Origin: Octopus sinensis
Lineage: Eukaryota
Reading direction: 5' to 3'
DNA: 27,745 nt
Assembly: GCF_006345805.1 (NCBI RefSeq)
Contig: NW_021836753.1
Location: forward strand, 1-27,745
The position numbers and the translations under genes were made by a program. This document shows, in pieces, positions 10,114 through 21,784 of this stretch; position 1 is the first letter of the stretch, and each line of letters starts with the position of its first letter. The notes below the pieces were generated by a model that was not told the DNA's origin, searched no databases, and worked only from the letters and a program-made list of their open reading frames with translations.

Positions 10114-10482
10114 CAACACCACGACCACTGATGCCACTACTACCATTACCACCGCACCACCACCATCACCAACAACAACACCGCCACACCACCACCACCT
10201 CCAACAATAACAACAACAACACCACCACCGGTGCCACTACTACCATCACCACCAAAACTACCACCACCACCACCACCACCACCACATGTGCTACTACTAC
10301 CATCACCACCAGCACCACCATCACCACTACCACAACAACATCAACAACATGCAGCAGTACTACCGCCACCGCTGTCACCATCATCATCATCATCACCACC
10401 AGGACCACAACAACAACAACAACAACAACAACAGCAACAACGACGACAACACAACCACCGTCATCATTATCATCTTTATCAT
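10068..10482. repeat. Degenerate (CAC/CAA/CTA)n trinucleotide tract
   Basis: Direct reading. Confidence 0.92.
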
Positions 10483-11398
10483 GCATCATCGTCATCATCA
10501 TCATCATCCTCATCATCACCATCATCATCATTGTCGTCGTCATCATCATCATCATCCTCATCATCACCATCATCATCATTGTCGTCGTCATCATCATCAT
10601 CATCCTCATCATCACCATCATCATCATTGTCGTCGTCATCATCATCATCATCCTCATCATCACCATCATCATCATTGTCGTCGTCATCATCATCATCATC
10701 CTCATCATCACCATCATCATCATTGTCGTCGTCATCATCCTCATCATCCTCATCATCACCATCATCATCATTGTCGTCGTCATCATCATCATCATCCTCA
10801 TCATCACCATCATCATCATTGTCGTCCCCCCCCCCCCCATTTCCGTCATCATCCTCATCATCCTCATCATCACCATCATCATCATTGTCGTCGTCGTCAT
10901 CATCATCATCATCCTCATCATCACCATCATCATCATTGTCGTCGTCATCATCATCATCATCATCCTCATCATCACCATCATCATCATTGTCGTCGTCCCG
11001 ATCATCATCATCATCCTCATCAATCACATCATCATCATCATCGTCGTCATCATCATCATCAATCCTCATCATCACCATCATCATCATTGTCGTCGTCATC
11101 ATCATATCATCATCATCCTCATCATCACCATCATCATCATTGTCGTCGTCATCATCATCATCATCCTCATCATCACCATCATCATCATTGTCGTCGTCCA
11201 TCATCATCATCATCCTCATCATCAACCACCATCATCATCATTGTCGTCGTCATCATCACATCATCCTCATCATCACCATCATCATCATTGTCGTCGTCAT
11301 CATCATCATCATCCTCATCATCACCATCATCATCATTGTCGTCGTCATCATCATCATCATCCTCATCATCACCATCATCACCATCGTCGTCGTCGTCG
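10483..11398. repeat. 48-bp minisatellite built from CAT triplets, roughly 17 units
   Basis: Unit CGTCATCATCATCATCATCCTCATCATCACCATCATCATCATTGTCGT; TTGTCGT marker at 10531, 10579, 10627, 10675, 10723, 10771, 10819 (exact 48-bp period), looser afterwards. Confidence 0.93.
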
Positions 11399-11594
11399 TA
11401 AGTAAAGAAACAATGGACAACGCCAGCCAAGACCGAAAGAGTAACAAGAGCTGAATATTAGACAAAAAAAAAACAACAACAACAACATTAACAAGACAGA
11501 AAAACAAAAGAAAAACCCTACATAAAACAACAAACGACAAAGGTGAAAAAAACCCCTCAAAAGTTAAAATATATTTGAAGGATAAAACAAAAGA

Positions 11595-11629
11595 ATAACT
11601 ACAACAACAACAACTACAACAACCAAATA

Positions 11630-11680
<51 letters not shown>

Positions 11681-11712
11681 GCTGCTTGCTGCTGCTGCTG
11701 CTGCTGCTGCTG
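11595..11712. repeat. Compound (CAA)(CTA)n(CTG)n microsatellite
   Basis: Direct reading. Confidence 0.93.
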
Positions 11713-11819
11713 CAGGAGTCGTAAAATGAGGAAAAATCTCGAACCGTTGACAAAAGGTTCCATTCACATCTCATTGAATTTGGTAAAATGCGACAAAATT
11801 TATCATCCCACTGCGATTT

Positions 11820-12051
11820 CTGGTGTGTGTGTGTGTCTGGGTGTGTTTGGGTGTGTGTGTGTGTGTATTTGTGTGTGTGTATTTGTGTGTGCGTGTGTGT
11901 GTGTGTGTGCGTATGTGCACTTTAGTGCGTGGTGTGATTGCATGAAAATGCGACTGGGTTTATACAGACATACAGATATATGTGTATGTCTGTGTGTATG
12001 TATAGAAAACAAATTTATATGTGTGTATATATATGTACGTATATATGTACG

Positions 12052-12086
<35 letters not shown>

Positions 12087-12121
12087 TTATGCTATATTCC
12101 ACTATATATATATATGTAAGT

Positions 12122-12161
<40 letters not shown>

Positions 12162-12372
12162 GCGTTCGTATGTGTGTATGTATAAAATGTATATATTTAT
12201 ATGTACGTATATCAACATGTAAATATCTAAATAAACATATATATATATGTAGATCTCTCTCTCTCCTCTCTCTCTCTCTCTCTATCTATCTATCCATCTA
12301 TCATCTATCCATTATCCATCTATCTATCCATCTATCTATCTATATCTATCTATCTATCTATCTATCTATCTA

Positions 12373-12406
<34 letters not shown>

Positions 12407-12921
12407 CTATCTATCTATCTATATCTATATGATATATAATACATATATCCACATCTGTGTTACATTTTCAATAAACGCAAATACAAACACACGCACACAA
12501 TACATATAAAAAAAAACCAGAAACACACAGTTTTATATAGACTCATAGAACCGCAAACACCACCACCACCACCACCACCACCACAAACCACCACCACCAC
12601 CACTACCCACCACACCCCACCACCACCCCACACCACCACCACCATCACCACCACCATCACCACCATCACCACCACCACCACCACCACCCCACCACCACCA
12701 CCACCACCACCACCACCACCACCACCACCACCACCACCACCATCACCACCAACACCACCACCACCGCCAACAACAACCCGAACAGAAAGACGTGCTCTAA
12801 ATATACAAGTGAAATGTCTTAACTCTTTCTTGCCTTCTTCTCTTCGAGAATTTTTTCTTTTTCCATTTCTTAGTCTCCTCTCCTCTTTCTCAACGCTTTC
12901 TCTCCCTCTTCATGCCCATCA

Positions 12922-12959
<38 letters not shown>

Positions 12960-13037
12960 TACTATCTATCTATCTATCTATCTATCTACTATCTATCTAT
13001 CTATTAGATACTTTCTATCTATCTATATCTTTCTATC

Positions 13038-13075
<38 letters not shown>

Positions 13076-13111
13076 ATATCTTTCATCTATCTATATATAT
13101 CTATCTATCTA

Positions 13112-13143
<32 letters not shown>

Positions 13144-13181
13144 TATCTTGCTATCTATCTATATATCTTCTATCTACTATA

Positions 13182-13220
<39 letters not shown>

Positions 13221-13344
13221 ATATCTTTCTATCTATCTATCTATCTATCTATCTATCCATCTATCTATCTATCCATCTATCTATCTACTATCCATACATA
13301 CATACATACATAAACATGTATAAATCTATGCATATCCATATCGC

Positions 13345-13404
<60 letters not shown>

Positions 13405-14345
13405 TTGTGTATGTATATTCATGTATCTAGGTAGCAAAAATATGTCTATCTATCAATATATATATATATTTATATATATATATATATATGTTATCATCCG
13501 TCGCTCCTTCTACCCCTCTCTATGAATCTAGCTATAATACACTCTCTCTCTGTCTCCCTATCTCTCTCTTTCTCTCTCTGTGTTCGCCCCCCCCTCTCTC
13601 TCTCTCTATCTATATCTATCTATATATCTATGTCATTCATGCTTTCTAGGACTCGTTATCACTCTCTCTCTTTTAATTCAGCAATTCCTTGTTTCTCTAG
13701 CATCTTTTCGCTCTCTACCCTCCATCCCACCTTCTTTCTGCTCACCACCACCACCACCACCATCGTCGTCGTCATCATCATCATCAACGGTTCTCTCCCC
13801 TTCTTACTCACAAACCCAAAGTACCCCCACTCACACTCTTCTTCACTCTCACTCAACACTGCACTTCACTCCAAGCAACCATTCTCTTTTCTCATTTCTC
13901 TTTTCCTCACCTCACAATTCTTCGTCATTCCTTCGTTTGCCACACCCAAACACACAACACACACACACACCCACACACACCACACTATATAATATATATA
14001 TATATATCTATTAGATCTATATATACTATACTTACATATATTATATATATATCTATATATTAGATTATATATATATATATATAATATAACACACACACAT
14101 ATATATATATATATATGTGTATTTACATATATAAATATACGTATATATACATACATACATATATATATATATATTTATATATATATACATATATATGTAT
14201 ATATATGTATATATACATATATAAATATATAAATGTATACATATATATATATGTATATATATGCTTATATACATATATAAATATATAAATGTATACACAC
14301 ACATATATATATTGTATTATATATATATACATATATATATACATC
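11820..14345. repeat. Microsatellite-dominated block: (TG)n, (TA)n, (TC)n, (TCTA)n, (CAC)n at 12560-12775, long (TCTA)n at 12920-13290, (TA)n at 13985-14345
   Basis: Direct reading; only short unique spacers. Confidence 0.92.
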
Positions 14346-14349
14346 AATT

Positions 14350-14760
14350 TTCGTCACTCAAACGAAGATGGACAGAAGGTGTTTGGTTCACGATTCGCCT
14401 AACAGCAGGTCTCGCCTCAGAGACACTCCACCTTCACTCCACCCGCCCCTCTTTACTGCAGGACCCTTGCAATCCCCACACGCCACGGCTTAACCCTACA
14501 CCCTGTCCACAGTGCAGCCGTTTGCGGCAGTTGTTGTTGGCCAACTCACGTGACCGAGTCACGTGGCAGAGGCTACTTTACAGCTCCCGGCCATACCGTA
14601 CCAACGGCCGTCGATGCTATTACTTTTCCCATAATTCATTGCTATCAACGGCGTTCAGAAAAGAAACGGTGCGCTGGACATCATTTGAATTACATTCATT
14701 TTTATTTCCCTCCGTCGCGCATGCGCGCATGCATTCAGGCTCCCCACCCCTCCATCGCCA
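14350..14760. promoter_or_regulatory. GC/CpG-rich unique island with tandem E-boxes, NRF1-type motifs and GC/CACCC boxes (candidate promoter or enhancer)
   Basis: CACGTG at 14547-14552 and 14560-14565; GCGCATGCGC at 14717-14726 overlapping GCGCATGC at 14725-14732; CCACCCGCCCC near 14439-14449 and CCCCACCCC near 14742-14750; many CpGs, flanked by simple repeats. Confidence 0.55.
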
Positions 14761-16874
14761 CACACATACACGCATAGACACTCATAGGCATAACAGAGGC
14801 ACGCATACACACAGATACACACAGATACACACATAGAGGAATGCTAACACACACACACTAACACACATACGCACACATACACTGTCGCTCTCTTTCTATG
14901 TGCGCGTGTGTGTGTTTGTGTGTTTGTGCGTGTGTGTATATGCATAAGTGTGTTTATGTTAGAATATTTCTTCGTGCGTGCATGCGTTTTTCGTTATTAA
15001 GTTATGCTGGCTTAAGCCGAGTTAAATTTATCTATATTTTCTTTTACACCCACTCCCCAACACACACACGCATGGCTGAGAAAAGGACAGGTATTACATC
15101 ATCACCTTCATTACCATACAGCTGTTTTAGCAATAAGTGGGCATCCACAGTTGAAACCCATTACAACATCTACATGACAAGATTCGACAGAGCCTTTACA
15201 CATCATGTTACATCCCTGACGATAGGGTACTAGCCGCATCTTACTTATCTCCGGTGATTATGTAACTCTTGTTGTGTTGGCATTCGGTTATTAATTATGA
15301 TTACATTCGGTTCTTATCTTCGGATACATATAAGGGATCGGAGTCAGTGAATTTACTCCACCTCGCCTCAGTATATATATATTTAGTTCTAACAATTAGT
15401 TACTAGTTAATCCGGAATATATATATATATATATATACACATAAAATATAAATTAGAGATAAAACCACTATTATGCAACTCAAACATTGATAGACATAAA
15501 CCAATACATAAATAACAAATAATATATATTTTTATAAAACATAATAACTTATAACTAGATCTCAAAAAGTTTAAAAATGAATGATCAATATATAATATAT
15601 TAAATAGAAAAAAACTACGTACGTTTCATGGCTACAATAGATTCGAATTACAATTACGTTTAAATTCAATTGAAATAAATTCGTTTTAAAATTATAGTCA
15701 ATCTTTAGGTTAATGATAAATAAGCAATGATAAATAATGATAAATAAGCAAATAGAGTTAAACAATATTTATCTAAGAAATAAATAAAATAATAATTTTT
15801 CTTATAGAATTGTTGAGTACTTGAGCAATACCTTATAACTACATCATGGTCTCGATTATATATTCAAGGCTTAGATGAGGTTAAAAGGTGGTACTCAGGC
15901 AGAAAGTAGGAAGTAGAGAGACACAAAAAGATGAGATTGAAATGAATGTGATACATAGAAAGGTATAAACGGGTTGTTTTAAATAGAAACATGAAATGTG
16001 AAACGATGGTCGAGAGGGGGCTGAGAAAGATGAAGAAAGAAGGTATCAAAAGAAGGTATTGTTTGATTAATTTGAAAAACAGTTGATATAGTAAGTTCCT
16101 CTTGCGTTATTGAGAAATCGTGCGTTTTGTAGGGAGGAGTGTGAAAACGTGTAAGAAATTTTAAGGTTTACGGTTATTTAACTAACTGAATAGAAAGAAA
16201 AAGATGCCGGAAAGGAGAAGAAATAAATGTATTAGAGTTGACGAGATGTCGGAACATAAACGAAGAGACGACAGTTAGAGTAATATAAACAAGAGGACGA
16301 GGAATGAAAGAAGAAGAAAAAAGGAAGTGGATGAAGTGAAGAGAATGCCATGTGTATTGACGGTACTGAAGGTAAAAAAATGTTGTTTGGTGATTGAATA
16401 AATAATATAAAATAAGAAGGTGTCGAAGATTCACTAAACAAAATCGGGTTCTTTTTCCAGTTATGAAGCAAAAAAAAAAAAGAAGACACTTCATTAATAG
16501 TTTCTCATTTCTCTTTGGAAATACCTTTGAACATCACTTAGCGACTAGAATGCTTGACACAAAATGCGGGTTAGAAAAGAGGTCTTGAAATATTCATAAA
16601 ATATTTATGGAATTAAAAGTAATTTTCGAAAAAAAAACGTGAAGAATTTTCAAAAGAAGATTCATCAATAAATTTGCCACATATTGAGTCAGGTTTTAGA
16701 ATTAAGTAGCAGGAATTTAAAAAAAATTAGTTCGTCTCTCGTCTTATGTGTATCCATCTACTTTGTCAACTACTAAATATTTTAAATGTTCAATTTACGT
16801 TATAAGTATTTACATTTTAGAACATCAGCTTTTATGACCCGCGTTTTGACCAAATACTATCGTACATACATTTA

Positions 16875-16882
16875 CACACCAC

Positions 16883-16940
<58 letters not shown>

Positions 16941-17074
16941 ACACACACACACACACACAAACGCACAGAGACATATATACAACACTTTGAACTTTGCCAA
17001 AAGGCTATCTATCTTTCTATTCGTCCGTCCGTCCGTCCGTTCGTCTGCTTGTTGTCTTTCTGTCTGACTGTCTT

Positions 17075-17157
<83 letters not shown>

Positions 17158-17249
17158 GTCTGTCTGTCTGAGTGTTTGTTTGTCTGTCCGTTCGTCCGTC
17201 TGTCTGTTTGTTTATCTGCCTGTCTGACTGACTGTCTTTCTGTCTATCC

Positions 17250-17319
<70 letters not shown>

Positions 17320-17345
17320 GCATATATTATATATATATATGTATA
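16875..17345. repeat. (CA)n, (GTCC)n, (TCTA)n/(TCTG)n microsatellites
   Basis: Direct reading. Confidence 0.93.
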
Positions 17346-17349
17346 TATA

Positions 17350-17494
17350 CTTTATTTAAAGCAGCAGAAAATTCAACAAAACCTGTTACTCTGAGTTTCC
17401 CGTTGCCGTTCATCGGACAGTTTTTGCTAGTTGAACGGCAACGAGAAACTCGGAGTAACAGGTTTTGTTGAATTTTCTGCTGCTTTAAATAAAG
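17350..17494. repeat. Long inverted repeat: 63-bp arms (17350-17412 and 17432-17494), 2 mismatches, 19-nt spacer
   Basis: CTTTATTTAAAGCAGCAGAAAATTCAACAAAACCTGTTACTCTGAGTTTCCCGTTGCCGTTCA versus TGAACGGCAACGAGAAACTCGGAGTAACAGGTTTTGTTGAATTTTCTGCTGCTTTAAATAAAG. Confidence 0.97.
17378..17425 (-). ncRNA. Type I hammerhead-ribozyme-like motif (variant core), probably part of a Penelope-like pLTR or retrozyme
   Basis: Minus strand AAAAACTGT-CCGATGA-ACG GCAA CGG-GAAA-CTCAGAG-TA-ACAGGTTTT: helix I (AAAACTGT/ACAG-G-TTTT), core C3 C4 G5 A6 U7 G8 A9, GNRA-capped helix II, GAAA, palindromic helix III, GUA triplet. Deviations: U4C and an A-G mismatch at the base of helix II. Confidence 0.55.
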
Positions 17495-17709
17495 CATATT
17501 ACTCTACCACTGGTATTTGAGTACTCTTTTTACCACCTTGTTTCACATTTATGTGTTTACTCCGGTATATGTATATATATATATATATGAAATTCATAGT
17601 AAAAAAGTCAATTGCAGTAAAAAGCCGTACGACGCGAACGGCGGTGTAAAAACCGAGTTTCTTGTTTGTTATATTAATGATGCTGCTGATGATGATATTA
17701 ATGATAAAA

Positions 17710-17945
17710 ATTCTTTCTAATATAGGCAAAAGACCTGAACTTTTATGGAGCGGGGCTAATTAAAAACATCGTCCTCAGTACCCGACTGGTACTTATTTTA
17801 TCGACCCACCATGGGGATGAAAGGCAAAGTCAGTCTCGGCAGCATTTGAATTCAGAAAGATGAGTGAAATGCCGCTTAGGACAAGGTAATGGTTAGGACA
17901 TGATAATGGTCAGACATGCTAAGGGTCCTGCCAGTTCGCTGCCTT
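17710..17945 (-). mobile_element. Diverged SINE family C copy, with extra sequence in the head region
   Basis: ACTGGTACTTATTTTATCGACCC..GGATGAAAGGCAAAGTC..CTCGGCAGCATTTGAATTCAGAA..GAAATGCCGCTTAG..CTGCCAGTTCGCTGCCTT. Confidence 0.75.
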
Positions 17946-18057
17946 AAGGGCCCAACAATAAGTGGCACTATCTTCACCTTCTTCATTTTCCATAGCCGAG
18001 CTATTTCGTACTTAAGAGGGTTGTACCGATCTAGCAAAATTTTCCGCCTTCCTTCTT

Positions 18058-18310
18058 GACTATTTGCACTCCCCTTTGACCCACGAATAGTGAAGAAGGA
18101 AAAAGATAGATAGATACAACCCCCTTAAGTACGAAATAATCCGACTATGGAAGATGAAGAAAATGAAGATAGTGCCAAATATTGTTGGGTCTTTGGGAAC
18201 AGTATCAGAAGGCATCAAGGGGACTATAAAGGAAATTGGAATAGAGTGCCCAGTAGAACTGTTACAAGAGGTTTGCCTCCTTGGCACAGCCAGAATAATC
18301 AGGAAAGAAC
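18058..18310 (+). mobile_element. Decayed C-terminal RLE coding region of a second R4/Dong-type LINE family
   Basis: FALPFDPRIVKKE / (frameshift at the A-run near 18100) / KIDRYNPLKYEIIRLWKMKKMKIVPNIVGSLGTVSEGIKGTIKEIGIECPVELLQEVCLLGTARIIRK fits the RLE C-terminal pattern ending LQK-x-x-LLGTA-x-I-x-R. Confidence 0.85.
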
Positions 18311-18377
18311 GAATGATACGGTACCGTAGGCAGCAAGAAGTCAGCATTGTTTTGTCTTGGTATAAAAGATGGGCTAC

Positions 18378-18837
18378 AGCAAATATTCTGCTCAATACCA
18401 CAGATTTGTTTGTCAGTTGTTTGACCATAACTAGTTGACCATGTCCCTTAGTGGCTGACGATAGGTGCGTCTCTGATCACGAGCAGAAGTAGTGGGGGTA
18501 TATCATAGCCATGTGTTGAGAGGGATGCTTTGGGGTTTGAATAATTCACCTCTGGAACATCCTTAAACAACCCTTATTCAGAGACCTTTTCAGCGGGATG
18601 GGAAGAAAATTCTAACTGGGCCCCACCTGCAAGGTCATGTGCTGTTTATCTTGATATGACATCATGTCGCGCACATATGGTTGTAATGCATGTGCCTGGT
18701 GTACCCTTATCAGACGGCTAGTCATGATGGGTATACTGGGCTTCGTATATTTTACCCATTGTCACTTGATGGCATGCACTGCTCTCTCACTCAATAATAA
18801 TAAATAATAATATAATAATATGATAATAATTTATTAT

Positions 18838-18873
<36 letters not shown>

Positions 18874-18950
18874 TAAATAATAATAATAATAATAATCAAA
18901 TAATAAAATATAATAATAATAATAATAATAATAATGATGATGAAATAATA
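18378..18950 (+). mobile_element. Family B repeat directly downstream of the RLE ORF, ending in an (AAT)n tail of about 150 bp
   Basis: Homologous to 258-735 with internal deletions; tail starts after CTCTCTCACTC at ~18793. Confidence 0.82.
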
Positions 18951-19189
18951 ACGAAAACATAAAATCAAACAAGGAAACGGAATTTTATCAACAACGAAAA
19001 AACAGAGTACAGGACAAACAATACAAGGAAATTTCCACTTATCAGCTGCCCCTGGTTCAACTCAATGCACATGCATAGATACATATATGTTGTATATAAT
19101 GATATATACTGACACACGTACATACGTCCATGCTTACATACATACGTGCATACACAGAATCAATGCATACACACATATAAACACGTCTA

Positions 19190-19205
19190 TGCATCTATAC
19201 ATACA

Positions 19206-19237
<32 letters not shown>

Positions 19238-19259
19238 CAATCTACATACATACATAATC

Positions 19260-19302
<43 letters not shown>

Positions 19303-19600
19303 CATATATGCATAGATCCATAAATAGATAATATATACCAGACAGACAGACAGATAGATAGATGATAGATACATACATACATACATACATATACACCATA
19401 CATGCATACACACACACATGCATACATGCATACATACATACAACATACATACATACATACATACATATATACAACAGACTACATACATACATGCATACAT
19501 ACATACATACATACATACATACATACATACATACATACATACATACATACATACATACATACATGCATACATACATACACATACAAATATACATATATAT
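19190..19600. repeat. (TACA)n/(TA)n microsatellite
   Basis: Direct reading. Confidence 0.95.
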
Positions 19601-19899
19601 CTTCTTAGAAGTTGACCGTTGACACTTTTACTTGATATACAAAATAATTAGAGTCGAAAGAAACTCCGCTAACTTAATTACACTTGCCAAGGCTTTTTTA
19701 TAATGTCTTTTCTCTCAGGAGACGCAGTCTCTCTTTTAACAGGCTATGGGTTCGTGCCTCGCACATGGAGGACGTTGAAAAGAGGCGAATCTTACATTGT
19801 GATGCCATGGAATGGCGGCGGTTCCGGTGGCGGACGTGTGGCGGAGGAGAGGATTTGTAAATAAATACTTCAAAAATCAAAGAAGACGGCATGTTGGAA

Positions 19900-20478
19900 T
19901 GGTGGGGGTTGTGGGGGGTGGTGGTTGTTGGGGGTGGTGGTTGTTGGGGGTGGTGGTTGTTGGGGGCTGGGATCTGGCCGATTGAAGGTCAACGTAATAT
20001 ATGTCACATATGCGTGGGTTAGTGGTGAGTGGTGGGTGGTGGCGGCGGCGGTGGTGGTGGTGGTGGTGGTGGCGGCGGCGGCGGTGGTAGTGGTGGTGGT
20101 GATGGTGGTGGTGGTGGTGGTGGTGGTGGTGGTGGTTATAAATGGGGAGAAGGAAAAAAAGAGTAGGGGTGGAATGGGGTGAAATGATAAGATGATATGA
20201 GGCATTGTTGATGGGAGAAAGTATGAGGAGAGAAATTAGGATTAAAATACGAAGGGAGAGAGAGAGAGAGAGAGAGAGAGAAGAGAGAGAAAGAGGGTGA
20301 GAGAGAGAGAGAGAGAAAGAGTGGTGAGAGAGAGAGAGAGAGAGAGAGAGATGGGAGTGAGAAAGGAGAAAAGAGATGGACGTGTGACACGGGTGATCTG
20401 TTGGTGAGAAATGGAAGAGGAAGAGAAGGAGAGAGTTGCAGAGAGGACGTATTCATTACAGCAGTTGGAGAGGAGAGT

Positions 20479-20561
<83 letters not shown>

Positions 20562-20715
20562 TGATATACATTTGTGTGTGTGTGTGTTTGTATATATATG
20601 TACAAACACACAGACATACATATATGTCTGCATGTATGTACGTACAGATAGATATAGATATATACATGCATCTGTGCGCGCCTATATATATTATACATAT
20701 AGTATATAATAAATA

Positions 20716-20793
<78 letters not shown>

Positions 20794-20990
20794 ATATGCG
20801 TATATGGGTTACAGGACTTCACCAACTGTAAACACATGAAATACGAAAACAAATGAGTTAAAATACAAAATAATGAGAGAAAAAGGACAAGTATATGTGT
20901 AGATTATATATATATTTATATATATATATATTATATATATATATATGTATATACAAACATATACTGTATATGTAAATGTATATATACATA
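19900..20990. repeat. (GGT/GGC)n, (GA)n, (CA)n, (TA)n microsatellites
   Basis: Direct reading. Confidence 0.93.
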
Positions 20991-21784
20991 AAAATGTCTC
21001 GGATTAAGTATTATTTAAATCATGGAAGGTGAATAAAAGAGGGAGGGAGCGAGAATGAAAGATACTGAGAAAGAGAGAGGGAGGAGAAAGAGAGATGATA
21101 AAGAAATTACATAATCTTTCTAGCTGGAAAGCTAGAAAGATGTGTCTGCGTGCATCTGTGTGCGTGTGTGTGTATGCGTGTGTATATGTGTATTTCATAC
21201 GTACGCGAAAATATCCCGGTTCTAACAGCGATTAAACTTTTGAAATAGTCTTCTGGTCCGACATCAAACACATTACTAGCGAAAAAGTCGATAAAACTCC
21301 CGGCATTTACTATGTTTTCTCTTATGCACTATTTACATAAATCTGATTTCATGGTGAAACTTCTTCAGGGGAAAAGCGTAGAAAGAATTAGATATGCAGA
21401 TAACTGCTATTATATAGACTTAGATCTGCGACAAATGAACATTTAGGAGAGCAGAGGAGACTTTGAAGCTATGTATATACGTAAACATTATAGAATGAAA
21501 TCAAAAGAGCTTTGCAAAAATAAATTAAAATTTTAACTGACTTTATGATTATGAACTATAACGTTAGAGAGAATCTCAATAGAAAACATATTTTTCTAGA
21601 GAATGGATATACGAGAATATCTTGATAGCAATATCGATTTCAAAATGCACGTCAACTCACAGGTACAATATCCCATCGTGTTAATATTCAAGGAAATAAC
21701 GTGATTTTACTATCGAATTAGAATCGAAACATCTTCAGAAAAAAAGCTTAGAAAATATAAGATCCACAAATTATTTATTTATTA

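Noticed and set aside
10483-11398. CRISPR-like periodic array
   Set aside because: Units are near-identical with no unique spacers, the context is eukaryotic, and there are no cas genes.
10026-11454. Long ORFs of 248-459 aa on both strands (poly-I/S/H/D/M)
   Set aside because: They are translations of the CAT-based minisatellite, which lacks stops in most frames; no domain or splice context.
14261-14836. 191-aa plus ORF across the GC-rich island
   Set aside because: Begins and ends in microsatellite, no domain; more simply explained by GC-rich regulatory DNA having few stops.
15206-15270. CCTGACGA-TAG-GGTA-CTA with flanking GTTACAT/ATGTAAC
   Set aside because: No GAAA after helix II (GCCG instead) and no helix III or NUH.
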